Shown here piece after piece: positions 9,341-18,743 of a stretch of DNA of 46,013 bases. Origin of the DNA: an uncultured virus (IMG/VR IMGVR_UViG_3300037295_000360) (Duplodnaviria > Heunggongvirae > Uroviricota > Caudoviricetes). The translations under genes and the position numbers were made by a program. Location: the IMG/VR virus record IMGVR_UViG_3300037295_000360, positions 124,001 to 170,013 of that record. One strand, given 5' to 3'. The first letter of the stretch is position 1. Each line of letters opens with the position of its first letter. Under the pieces are notes generated by a model. That model saw only the letters and a program-made list of their open reading frames with translations. It had not been told where the DNA came from and searched no databases.

Positions 9341-11326
9341 ATGGCTAACATTAACAAAATTTCTTCATTTAAGAGTTTTTCTGAGGTTAAATCACAGGAA
9401 TCTACTGTAAAATTAAGAGAAGCAAACAATACAAAAAGACAAGAAACGGTAAATAAATTGGCATCTATTCTTGACGAGATGGGATTAACCTCCTTAGAAG
9501 GATTAGAAGAAGTACAGCGAAATGGAATTATAGATAAAATGTTTCCAAGCGGTTCTCTAGAAAAAGTAGTTCCTCCAACTCCACCTAGAGAAAAATTAAA
9601 AGAAGGTAACGCATTTGGAGATGCGGTACGTAAGGCCAAAGAGGCCGGCAATGATGAATTCGATTTTGAAGGTAAAACATTTAAGGTTGAAGAATCTATT
9701 TTTAATGAAGCATTAAAGGATGACTACACTGCGAAATATAATACAACAGAAATTACTCTTAAAAACGGATATAAGCAATTAAAATCTACTGCATTAAATA
9801 ATATGTATAATAAGGTTGGTGAATTAATAAAGGAATATGATGTAAATGTAAAATCAGTTATTTTTAACTTCGACCCCAATGCATTATCTGAAGCTACCGT
9901 GCTACTGGACACTACTGATCCTGAGGATAAAGTACTTCAAAAATTTATTAAAAAGCATAACATTAAAATGAAAGACACGAGTGTAAGAGCCGGCGGAGAT
10001 TTTGCTGAATATGAATACACTGGAAAGCGTAAAGATCTTGAAACAATGATTTCGGATTTTTGGGGTGATGATGACTTGATAGAATTTATTGAAGAATCTA
10101 TTGCCAATGAAGGTTTTGAAAAATCAGCAATCCAACGTGCGTTGAAGGCTAACGGATATGATCTTAAACAATCCGACGTTAAGCTTGGTCAAAAAAAGAA
10201 ATCAGGAGGTTATGTGCAATATACTCTTAATGGTGAAGTTATAGGGTCTAATGACTATTCAATGGATAAATTAATTGCGATTGCTACTGAGAAGATTAAA
10301 GAAAATCCAAAGAAATTTAAGTTAGAAGAATTAAAAGAAGGTAATGCGTTTGGTGACGCAGTACGTAAGGCCAAAGAGGCCGGCGATGATGAATTCGATT
10401 TTGAAGGTAAAACATTTAAGGTTGAAGAGTCTATCAAAGAATCCTTTTACAGACTACCAAAAAAAGTAATAAGTAACGACCTATATGTTCTAGATAATCG
10501 TATGCAACAACTAACTTCTGTGGTAAGCAATGGTTCTGATCTAGATATTAAGGCACTGGATAATATTATTTCAATGTTACAAGATGTTAGGAAATCTGCA
10601 AAGAAATTTGACAAAAAAGAAGATTTACTCGGCACTGTTTATGAATCATTTGTTAATGAGGCCAAAGGTTTTAAAAACACAAAAGACTTTGAAGATTTCC
10701 TAGAAGAAATAGATGCAATGGGAGAGTATGACATTAAAAAATTTATGGGAAGAAATTACATAGATACCCCAGGTGGATATAGAGATGAAGCTGATGATTA
10801 CGATAATGACATTACGAAATATATGATTTCTAACATGGGACTTACAGAATTTAATGAACTTAAAACATATTGGGAAAATAATGTTCGCGAATCATTTGTT
10901 AATGAGGCCAAAGGTTTTAAAAACACAAAAGACTTTGAAGATTTCCTAGAAGAAATAGATGCAATGGGAGAGTATGACATTAAAAAATTTATGGGAAGAA
11001 ATTACATAGATACCCCAGGTGGATATAGAGATGAAGCTGATGATTACGATAATGACATTACGAAATATATGATTTCTAACATGGGACTTACAGAATTTAA
11101 TGAACTTAAAACATATTGGGAAAATAATGTTCGCGAATCATTTGTTAATGAGGCCGATATTAAATCTGACGATGAATTTAAAGATTACGCTGTTAATCTC
11201 TTAAAGAAGGCATTTGGAGATGAATTTGACGAGGACAAATCACAAGAAGTAATTGATGGTATCTTACAGAAATCAGATGGAGATTATGGTGCAGCTGTTG
11301 GAATGCTAACAAGTTCACTAGGTTAA
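9341..11326 (+). CDS. Modular acidic polyprotein, probable internal head protein
   Basis: Recurrent ES-x-x-NE(A/G) and L-x-E sites (ESIFNEA, ESIANEG, ESFVNEA x3, LKEG x2, LSEA); GATATATA at 9298. Confidence 0.7.
   Translation: MANINKISSFKSFSEVKSQESTVKLREANNTKRQETVNKLASILDEMGLTSLEGLEEVQRNGIIDKMFPSGSLEKVVPPTPPREKLKEGNAFGDAVRKAKEAGNDEFDFEGKTFKVEESIFNEALKDDYTAKYNTTEITLKNGYKQLKSTALNNMYNKVGELIKEYDVNVKSVIFNFDPNALSEATVLLDTTDPEDKVLQKFIKKHNIKMKDTSVRAGGDFAEYEYTGKRKDLETMISDFWGDDDLIEFIEESIANEGFEKSAIQRALKANGYDLKQSDVKLGQKKKSGGYVQYTLNGEVIGSNDYSMDKLIAIATEKIKENPKKFKLEELKEGNAFGDAVRKAKEAGDDEFDFEGKTFKVEESIKESFYRLPKKVISNDLYVLDNRMQQLTSVVSNGSDLDIKALDNIISMLQDVRKSAKKFDKKEDLLGTVYESFVNEAKGFKNTKDFEDFLEEIDAMGEYDIKKFMGRNYIDTPGGYRDEADDYDNDITKYMISNMGLTEFNELKTYWENNVRESFVNEAKGFKNTKDFEDFLEEIDAMGEYDIKKFMGRNYIDTPGGYRDEADDYDNDITKYMISNMGLTEFNELKTYWENNVRESFVNEADIKSDDEFKDYAVNLLKKAFGDEFDEDKSQEVIDGILQKSDGDYGAAVGMLTSSLG
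9596..10435 (+). repeat. Dispersed 105-bp module (LKEGNAFGDAVRKAKEAG.DEFDFEGKTFKVEESI) at 9596-9700 and 10331-10435
   Basis: Near-identical copies with mostly synonymous differences. Confidence 0.92.
10643..11155 (+). repeat. 246-bp (82-aa) tandem duplication bounded by three copies of GAATCATTTGTTAATGAGGCC
   Basis: The 21-mer starts at 10643, 10889 and 11135; the two units appear identical. Confidence 0.95.
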
Positions 11327-11344
11327 AAATAATTTAAATAAATA

Positions 11345-11374
11345 ATACCTGGCAGATTAATACCAGGTATTTTT
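11345..11374 (+). terminator. Intrinsic terminator
   Basis: ATACCTGG...CCAGGTAT followed by a T-run. Confidence 0.75.
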
Positions 11375-11386
11375 AGTATATAAACT

Positions 11387-12676
11387 ATGAAAACAAAAAT
11401 TCTTAATTTTAATCAGTTTTTAACAGAAAAGTATGAAGTTAAACTATATGAATCTTTATTATTAGAAGGAGGAGCTGCAGGACATATGAGTCATCCATTT
11501 GATAATAATGATTTAACATTTGGTGATTTTAAAAATATGATTATCAGTGGACTTCAAGGAGAATTAAACTTTGAATCAGAACCTACTGAAAAAACAGATG
11601 GACAAAATGTATTTGCAACAATACAATCAGGAGAAGTTAAATTTGCAAGAAATAAGACAGAACTTAAAAATCCAATGTCACTTGGAGAATTTCAAAACAA
11701 ATTTGAAGGACATCCTAGTAAATTAGTTCAAGATACCTTTCAATTTGCAGCATCCGATTTAGCTACATTATTAATTAAATTACCAAGCAAAATACAGGAT
11801 GAAACGTTTCAAAATGGCCTTAATTTCATGAATATGGAGTTAATATATTCACAAAATCCAAATGTAATTCATTATGATGTGGATGTAATACAGTTTCATG
11901 GTGTTAAAAAAACAGACGGAGATGGAAACATAATAGGAGATGATAATAGTGCCGCCAAGGGTATTGCAGGTGTTCTTAAATCACTAAATGCCAATGTAGG
12001 TAAAGTCTTTACTATTATTCCTCCTCAAATTATTAAATTACAAAAGGATGTTGATTTTGAAGCAAATAGATCTAAATTTTTAGGTAAATTAAATGTGTTA
12101 AAGGACAGATATAATTTAACAGATGCAGATGAGGTTGCTAGATATCATGAAATGTGGTGGAGAGAACAAATTGAAAATCTGTTTGGTGAATACCCGCAAG
12201 ATATTAAAGAAGGATTACTATTAAGATGGGCATATGACGATAAAAAAACACTTAATTTAAGATCTCTTGACAAAGTATTAACAAAGGAGCAAAGCGCTGC
12301 AATTAAGAAATTTGATAAAGAAGACTTTAAGTCTAAATTCAAGGAAAATATTAGACCATTTGAGGATTTATTTCTTGAATTAGGCAGCGTTATTTTAAAG
12401 AATGCTAGTAATTTCGTAGCAGCATCACCTGATAAGGAAATGCAAAGACTGCATACTGAAATTAGAACTTCTGCTGATAAAATTAAATTAAATGGAGACC
12501 TTTCTCAAATCGAAAAGGTTGCAAGCGAATTAGAAAGATTACAACGAATCGGAGGAATCGAATCGATTATTCCAACAGAAGGTGTTGTATTTTCATATAA
12601 AGGAAAGATGTATAAGCTTACTGGAACATTCGCTGCAATTAATCAACTTATGGGAATTATCAAATACGGAAGATAA
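11387..12676 (+). CDS. ATP-dependent ligase/covalent nucleotidyltransferase-fold protein (RNA ligase-like)
   Basis: Motif I TEKTDGQN, ARNK, motif IV EGVVF, motif V YKLTG; N-terminal FNQFLTE...LLLEG propeptide. Confidence 0.7.
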   Translation: MKTKILNFNQFLTEKYEVKLYESLLLEGGAAGHMSHPFDNNDLTFGDFKNMIISGLQGELNFESEPTEKTDGQNVFATIQSGEVKFARNKTELKNPMSLGEFQNKFEGHPSKLVQDTFQFAASDLATLLIKLPSKIQDETFQNGLNFMNMELIYSQNPNVIHYDVDVIQFHGVKKTDGDGNIIGDDNSAAKGIAGVLKSLNANVGKVFTIIPPQIIKLQKDVDFEANRSKFLGKLNVLKDRYNLTDADEVARYHEMWWREQIENLFGEYPQDIKEGLLLRWAYDDKKTLNLRSLDKVLTKEQSAAIKKFDKEDFKSKFKENIRPFEDLFLELGSVILKNASNFVAASPDKEMQRLHTEIRTSADKIKLNGDLSQIEKVASELERLQRIGGIESIIPTEGVVFSYKGKMYKLTGTFAAINQLMGIIKYGR

Positions 12677-12718
12677 AAACAAAACAATAAATTACAGAAT
12701 TATAAAATACAGAAGACA

Positions 12719-14596
12719 ATGGCTTTACAAAAACTAAGAGAATATTTTAATGATACCAATAGAGAATCATTCATTGATATGTTAAAAAATAGAGTGATTG
12801 TCACTGAAAAGATATCTTCTCCTATGTTTCTAGTTAGGCGGAATACAGATGGATTTGAATTTTTTAAGTCTTCTAATTCCAATAAATTAACATTAGTTGA
12901 CAGAACAATAATATCACTATACGAGGTTGCTATTAATTATATACAGAGTTTACCTGGTGATATTAAAAAAGAAATGCCAACTGATTGGAGATTTTGTTTT
13001 GAATATTTACCAGAAGTAGATGCATCTAAAATTAAATATCAAAACACACCTACTAATAACTTAATATTAAATAATATTCAACAGATAGGTGAAAATGGAA
13101 AAGTTAAAAAAACAATTAACGATCCCGAAATCCTAAACAAATGGTCTAATAAATTACAAGTACAATCATCTACTGTTATATTTGATGGATATTTATCACA
13201 GCAACAAAGGAATGAATTGATATCAATACTAACAATGAATAATAAAGAGTTTTCAGATAAATTTGACTACTTAATTGAAACGGATGATAAAACAAGTTTC
13301 ACATCCTCAATTTTCAAGTTATTTAATCCAAGTATTAGCGCTTCCGCTCTAAACCCTGATCTAGAGTCAGAAATTGATGGTCTTATTCTTAATTTTATTG
13401 ATGGTAGAACTATGAGTTCTTTTAAAATAGAAGACTTTAACCGAACATACGCTATTGAAGATAATAAGGAATCAAGCCATACATATCAAATTGCAGTTAC
13501 TGATTTTTTAGAATTTTTAACACAATATGATTTAGATACTATTCAGCTAGAAGAAGAAAATGCTGATTATAGATACATTACATTAATGTCAGTCATATTT
13601 AATGATTATATAGGTAAAAACGCAGCAAAATATATTGGAGTTAATTTTGAAAGCGCAGAATTCGCATCAGCTAATTCATTTAAATTAAATACTAAATATA
13701 TTAAAAACGAAAAGACATTAAAATATGCTTCAAATGAAATTTTAGCAGAATTATTTAAAATGATTTTAAGTTCATTTAGAAAGAAAAGAAATAAGACATC
13801 AGATTTAATCGATAATGATACAATGAACGGGATGAATAATATAATTGATAAGATATCAGAAAAAGTATTTGCAGAAAAAACAGACGAAAACTCAATTTAC
13901 GATTATCAAAACTTTACATTAAATAATAGGATTAGATCTTCTGTTGATTTAAATGAAGCCCTTACCATAAAATACAATGAGCAAGGAAAACAACCAGTAA
14001 ATATGTTTGTTGGTAGATTTCAGCCATTCACATTAGGACATGCTAAGGTATTAGAAAGAATACACAAAGAAAATGGATATCCAGTTGTTGTATTTTTAGT
14101 TAAAGCAAAGTCAAAGAAAAAAGGTGATGAATTTAGCAGGCCATATGATGAAAAAACTCAAATTGAAATGTTTAAAAACGTTAAAAAACAATACCCCTTT
14201 CTAAAGGAAATTTATGTTGTTCCAACTGGTGGTATTGATGTGATGTTTAACGAAATGAGACCAAAATATGAACCTGTATTATGGGGAACTGGAAGCGATA
14301 GAATGATAAGTTATGGTTATCAAGTCAATAATGACTCTTATAGAGATCAATTAAATGCAAGACCTGATTTTGGACTCTTTGAAATACCAAGAAACGATGA
14401 TGATATTTCAGCTACTGCAGTAAGAAATGCAATGATCGAAGGCAACGAAACTGTATTTAAGAATATGACTCCAAAATCTATTCATTCTATGTATTTTGAA
14501 CTTAAATCAAAATTAGAAGATTCAATGGGAATAGTTGCAGAAAATAATTCTAAAGAAACAATGACATTCGATCAATTTATTAATCATAATAAATAA
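12719..14596 (+). CDS. Degenerate ligase-like domain fused to an HxGH cytidylyl/adenylyltransferase
   Basis: N-domain VTEKISS...IDGLIL...FKI; C-domain VGRFQPFTLGH, GSDR, ISATAVR, preceded by LNEA. Confidence 0.75.
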   Translation: MALQKLREYFNDTNRESFIDMLKNRVIVTEKISSPMFLVRRNTDGFEFFKSSNSNKLTLVDRTIISLYEVAINYIQSLPGDIKKEMPTDWRFCFEYLPEVDASKIKYQNTPTNNLILNNIQQIGENGKVKKTINDPEILNKWSNKLQVQSSTVIFDGYLSQQQRNELISILTMNNKEFSDKFDYLIETDDKTSFTSSIFKLFNPSISASALNPDLESEIDGLILNFIDGRTMSSFKIEDFNRTYAIEDNKESSHTYQIAVTDFLEFLTQYDLDTIQLEEENADYRYITLMSVIFNDYIGKNAAKYIGVNFESAEFASANSFKLNTKYIKNEKTLKYASNEILAELFKMILSSFRKKRNKTSDLIDNDTMNGMNNIIDKISEKVFAEKTDENSIYDYQNFTLNNRIRSSVDLNEALTIKYNEQGKQPVNMFVGRFQPFTLGHAKVLERIHKENGYPVVVFLVKAKSKKKGDEFSRPYDEKTQIEMFKNVKKQYPFLKEIYVVPTGGIDVMFNEMRPKYEPVLWGTGSDRMISYGYQVNNDSYRDQLNARPDFGLFEIPRNDDDISATAVRNAMIEGNETVFKNMTPKSIHSMYFELKSKLEDSMGIVAENNSKETMTFDQFINHNK

Positions 14597-14618
14597 TAAA
14601 AACAAAATAAAATAAGTA

Positions 14619-15854
14619 ATGGGATTTATAAAAACAGATTTTAATGATTTTTTAAATGAGGCAGTTTCTGCTGGTGAAAAAAAGGTTGCGGCCTTCGTCA
14701 CTAAAACCGCAAAGGAATATGGCTATTCAGAGGCTGATGCTGTATTTTTTATTAAATCAACAATAGAAAAACTAGGATTAGGTGTAGATGAATCTTTAGA
14801 GATATATGAATCAATGTCAGATTTAGATTTAATTGCAAAGGATTCTAAGAATTTTAAAGATTTTGTAAAGCAGGCAAAAAAAGAATATCCTCAATTTACA
14901 AAGGGAGATAATAAAGATCTAGAAGATTGGCTTCAGTCGATATATGATAGTGCAATTGAAGAATCACTAAGTGAGGCTAGTGCTTTTATGGCTAAAGACG
15001 TAAATAAAGCAGTTAAATTATTAAATGATGAAACCAGTGGAAACCCAGGGTATTTATTTTTTGGTGAAGATGATGATATTGAAGAGTTTGATAAATTATG
15101 GTCAAAAAGAAAATATCAAGAAGCATTAGACATGCTTGCTCAAGATAGAGAAATAGAAGCACAAAGCGTAGAGGACATTAAGCTTTTTATTAAAGAATCC
15201 CTTAATGAAAGAACTATCACCATTAAAAGACAATACACTGATGGCAATCCAGCCATTACCGTAGGTCATCATGCTAAAATCAGAAACAAAGTAATAGAAG
15301 CATTAAAGGACGGGCAAATTACACAAGAAGAATTCGATACAATACTAAAGGAAATGACATCTGACTCTACTCGATGGATGAAAAGAAATTCGCATTATTT
15401 TAACGTTTCTGAGGATGGAATTACATTATCAAAAACAGGAAGTACTGTTCTAAAGGGCATATTAACTGAAAAGACAACAAAAAATCCAGAAATATGGGTT
15501 CCGGGTGGATTTGACAAAGAAATATCTAAATATCCAAATTCTAAAATCACAAAGGATATAGTATACAAAGCCGCCAAAAACTGGGAAGTTGAAGAAAATG
15601 ACGCAATCTCTTACGTTGAATATGCATGGTCAATTGATTTAAAAGAAAACAATGAAACCATGAAACATATTCAATTATTCGAACAATTTATTAATGAAAA
15701 ATTCAGTGCATCTGACATTAAAAAATTAAAACAATTTGCAGAAAAAGTTGCAGACGAAATCTACGATGCGTATGAGAAAAAATTCGATAGCAAAAAATCA
15801 AACATAGATGAGGATGATTATACTGCCGGCAGAAATGTTTGGTTATATAATTGA
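14619..15854 (+). CDS. Modular probable internal head polyprotein; likely frameshifted near 15826, true end 15942
   Basis: DFNDFLNEA, EESLSEA, KESLNER, ILTEK and FEQFINEK; the +1 frame continues EMFGYIIDW...ELGLE to TAA 15942. Confidence 0.7.
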   Translation: MGFIKTDFNDFLNEAVSAGEKKVAAFVTKTAKEYGYSEADAVFFIKSTIEKLGLGVDESLEIYESMSDLDLIAKDSKNFKDFVKQAKKEYPQFTKGDNKDLEDWLQSIYDSAIEESLSEASAFMAKDVNKAVKLLNDETSGNPGYLFFGEDDDIEEFDKLWSKRKYQEALDMLAQDREIEAQSVEDIKLFIKESLNERTITIKRQYTDGNPAITVGHHAKIRNKVIEALKDGQITQEEFDTILKEMTSDSTRWMKRNSHYFNVSEDGITLSKTGSTVLKGILTEKTTKNPEIWVPGGFDKEISKYPNSKITKDIVYKAAKNWEVEENDAISYVEYAWSIDLKENNETMKHIQLFEQFINEKFSASDIKKLKQFAEKVADEIYDAYEKKFDSKKSNIDEDDYTAGRNVWLYN

Positions 15855-15944
15855 TTGGGCGGGAGATAATAAAATGACAGCAGACGAGGTTATTTCAGAC
15901 TTTAACTGGGAAGATCTTGAACAAGAATTAGGATTAGAATAAAA

Positions 15945-16631
15945 ATGAAAGAATCAAATGAAAATATAGAACTATCAAATATAGGCGGTATGGGACCTCT
16001 TTTACTTCCTACTGCAAATACAGATGGCTCAGGGGATATTTTATCAAAAAGTGGAGATGCTGATGATGAATATGAGAAGAAACGCAAAGAATTTAAGAAA
16101 GGATTAAAAACATTTGAACAATTTATTAATGAGAATATTGATAAACTCCCAGATGAAATCACAAATTCCGATGGGATTGTTTTTCAAAAACAAAAAGAAT
16201 TATCTAATAAAAAATCCGCTTTATACTTTCTATATTACAGAGGATATGATATAGATTTTGGTGGTCATCGCTTCGACTCTATGACTTCATTACAAAGTTA
16301 TATGGATAATCGTATAGTCTCAAACAGTCAATATAATAAGTTAAAACACATGCCTATTGTTAAAATAGGCTCTAAGGAATCAAAAAGTTTATACGAAAGT
16401 TCTGAAAAGATAATTGATTATTCAAATGCTAAAGCCAAAATTTTAGTTGGATTAAAAACAAATCTGTTAAGAGATATGAAAGACCGATATGATTTCAAAG
16501 AAGATGGAGATAATATTTATTTCTTTAACGATAAGAGACATCATTTTGGAACACTGTTTGATGTAGGAACTCGCTATCAAGAACTTAGAAATGACGGTTC
16601 TATTGATGATTATGGTTGGATGAAAAAATAA
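15945..16631 (+). CDS. Probable internal head protein
   Basis: LKTFEQFINE and LYES motifs. Confidence 0.6.
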   Translation: MKESNENIELSNIGGMGPLLLPTANTDGSGDILSKSGDADDEYEKKRKEFKKGLKTFEQFINENIDKLPDEITNSDGIVFQKQKELSNKKSALYFLYYRGYDIDFGGHRFDSMTSLQSYMDNRIVSNSQYNKLKHMPIVKIGSKESKSLYESSEKIIDYSNAKAKILVGLKTNLLRDMKDRYDFKEDGDNIYFFNDKRHHFGTLFDVGTRYQELRNDGSIDDYGWMKK

Positions 16632-16658
16632 TGTAAAATTAATCTCTAGAAAGGAAAA

Positions 16659-16701
16659 TGAAACTTTAAGTTAAAGCTCTGTATAATATACAGAGCTTTA
16701 A
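16659..16701 (+). promoter_or_regulatory. TGAAAC-N17-TATAAT promoter overlapped by a perfect palindrome with 15-bp arms
   Basis: TTAAAGCTCTGTATA-A-TATACAGAGCTTTAA at 16671-16701. Confidence 0.75.
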
Positions 16702-16719
16702 TATTTAACAAGTATAAGT

Positions 16720-16968
16720 ATGCAATATATATTTCGACCTGCCAATTACATACATTGGTCAAAATTACACATATTAAAAATAGAATCCAGTATTAACAAT
16801 AGCATCACCCTAGAACAATTAGATGAATCTAAGACGTTAATTGATTACTTTATTATAATTACCAGTCTTGAAGATAATATAGCAGACAAGGATCTAGAAT
16901 CTATTGTATTATTATTTTGGTTTAAAATAAATTTAAAAAAAATATTTATTTTGAAACAAAACAAATAA
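16720..16968 (+). CDS. Hypothetical protein
   Basis: 82-aa ORF downstream of the promoter at 16659. Confidence 0.55.
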   Translation: MQYIFRPANYIHWSKLHILKIESSINNSITLEQLDESKTLIDYFIIITSLEDNIADKDLESIVLLFWFKINLKKIFILKQNK

Positions 16969-16980
16969 AGCAAGTATAAT
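16952..16980 (+). promoter_or_regulatory. TGAAAC-N17-TATAAT promoter for the TROVE/VWA gene
   Basis: Exact consensus 23 nt before ATG 17004. Confidence 0.75.
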
Positions 16981-17003
16981 ATAAGAATTTAAAAATAAAC
17001 AAA

Positions 17004-18428
17004 ATGAATTTCATAGACGCATTAAGAACTAAAGACACTTTTACTGAGAATGGCATGCCGACTAATTCAACGTCATTAAATGCATGTGTTGATTTATTTT
17101 TTAATATAGGAGCGATGCGAGGTCAAGATAAATCTAGATTAATTTCTACTTTTTCAAAGGCATATATTGAAGATCCTATCCGCGCTATGAAAATATTATT
17201 TTGGGCTAGAGATATTAGAGGAGGTGCAGGTGAACGTCAAATATTCAAGGATATATTAGTATACCTTTCAGCAGATCATGATCTTTCACTTAAACCTAAC
17301 TTAAAATTTATTCCAGAGTATGGCAGATGGGATGATTTATTACCATTATTTGGAACTTATTTAGAAAAAGATGCGTTATCAATGATTAAAGAAGCTCTTG
17401 ATGCTGATAATGCACTATGTGCAAAATGGATGCCTAGGAAGGGGATTAACGCTGCCCGAATCAGGTCATTTTTAAATTTGACGCCAAGGCAATATCGAAA
17501 ATTACTAGTTAATTTGACAAACGTAGTTGAAACACAAATGTGTGCTAATGATTGGGATTCCATTGCCTTTGGAAAAATACCCTCAGTTGCGAGTGCAAGA
17601 TATCAAAAGGCATTTGGAAAAAATGCATATGAGACTTATTCTACATACATTGAATCTTTAACAAAAGGAGAATCTAAAATTAACGCAGGAGCAGTATACC
17701 CTTACGATATTACAAAGACACTGGAACATGGTAGTTCAATAGTAGCCAACGAACAATGGAAAGCTCTACCGAATTATATGGAAGGTATTACTGAAAATAT
17801 ACTGCCAATAGTAGACGTATCAGGTTCTATGTGTGCATCAGCTGGAGGAAGCAAGTATGTATCATGTATGGATGTTGCAATATCACTGGGACTTTATATT
17901 TCAGAAAGAAATAGCGGTGCTTTTAAGGATGCATTTATTACATTCTCATCTAACCCTACGCTTCAAGTACTAAAAGGATCACTGTATGATAGATATTCTC
18001 AAATGAATTCATCAAAGTGGGGAATGTCAACTGATATTCAAGCGACATTTAAGATGATTTTAAAACATTCTGTTGAAAATAAATTAGAAAAAGAAGAAAT
18101 GCCATCTAAGATATTAATATTATCTGATATGGAATTTGATCAAGCTGTAAATTCATGGAGGCAAAATGAAAAAGGATGGAATCCTAGTGTAAATGAACTG
18201 ATCAGTAAGACGTATAATGACGCTGGATATGATATGCCACAAATAGTTTATTGGAATATTCAATCAAGGAATGGAGGAATTCCAGTTTCATTTAAAGAAG
18301 ATGGAACTGCACTTATATCTGGATTCTCTCCAGCTATAATGACAAGTATATTAGGCGGAAAAATTGAATCACCGTATCAAATAATGGACAAAACTATAAT
18401 GAAAGAAAGATATGAACAAATAAAATAA
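17004..18428 (+). CDS. TROVE/Ro60-like helical domain plus VWA protein (DUF2828-type)
   Basis: TENG, ARDIRGGAGER, YGRWDDL, AKWMPR, MIDAS DVSGSM, SDMEFD, YWNI and ISGFSP. Confidence 0.85.
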   Translation: MNFIDALRTKDTFTENGMPTNSTSLNACVDLFFNIGAMRGQDKSRLISTFSKAYIEDPIRAMKILFWARDIRGGAGERQIFKDILVYLSADHDLSLKPNLKFIPEYGRWDDLLPLFGTYLEKDALSMIKEALDADNALCAKWMPRKGINAARIRSFLNLTPRQYRKLLVNLTNVVETQMCANDWDSIAFGKIPSVASARYQKAFGKNAYETYSTYIESLTKGESKINAGAVYPYDITKTLEHGSSIVANEQWKALPNYMEGITENILPIVDVSGSMCASAGGSKYVSCMDVAISLGLYISERNSGAFKDAFITFSSNPTLQVLKGSLYDRYSQMNSSKWGMSTDIQATFKMILKHSVENKLEKEEMPSKILILSDMEFDQAVNSWRQNEKGWNPSVNELISKTYNDAGYDMPQIVYWNIQSRNGGIPVSFKEDGTALISGFSPAIMTSILGGKIESPYQIMDKTIMKERYEQIK

Positions 18429-18441
18429 ATAAAAAAAAATA

Positions 18442-18498
18442 AGATTCCATACAGCAAACAATAAAAAGCAAAACTGTTAAGCAAATGGACAGGAATCT
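18442..18498 (+). ncRNA. Candidate small RNA 1 (end-paired, ACAGCAA motif)
   Basis: AGATTCC (18442-48) pairs with GGAATCT (18492-98); ACAGCAA at 18451. Confidence 0.55.
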
Positions 18499-18501
18499 GG
18501 C

Positions 18502-18729
18502 GGATGGCTACAGCAACTAATAAACCAACAAATATGATAGTTAATTTTACATGTAAAATTAACACGTGGAAATCTTTAAAGGCCGACCACTATAAAAAAT
18601 GGTACAAGGTCATACTTCTCTAATTAAGTATTCGAAAATATGTTGAATCTAGTAGACTTATATTTCGATTAACGAAGACTATAAAGAGGGATATTCTTGC
18701 CGAAGAAGAAAAAATACGAAAAGCCATCC
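18502..18729 (+). ncRNA. Candidate small RNA 2 (about 228 nt, end-paired, ACAGCAA motif, several hairpins)
   Basis: GGATGGCT (18502-09) pairs with AGCCATCC (18722-29); ACAGCAA at 18510; internal 24-nt palindrome 18540-63 and further hairpins. Confidence 0.6.
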
Positions 18730-18743
18730 CGTACTATTAAAAT

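Noticed and set aside
10643..11155. Three identical 21-mers as a CRISPR array or attachment sites
   Set aside because: The intervening 225-bp units are identical, in frame and coding; no cas or integrase gene is in the window.
18586..18602. 17-mer ACCACTATAAAAAATGG shared with the gp2 start region (39080-39096)
   Set aside because: Same strand, A-rich, and about chance level for an AT-rich 46-kb window.
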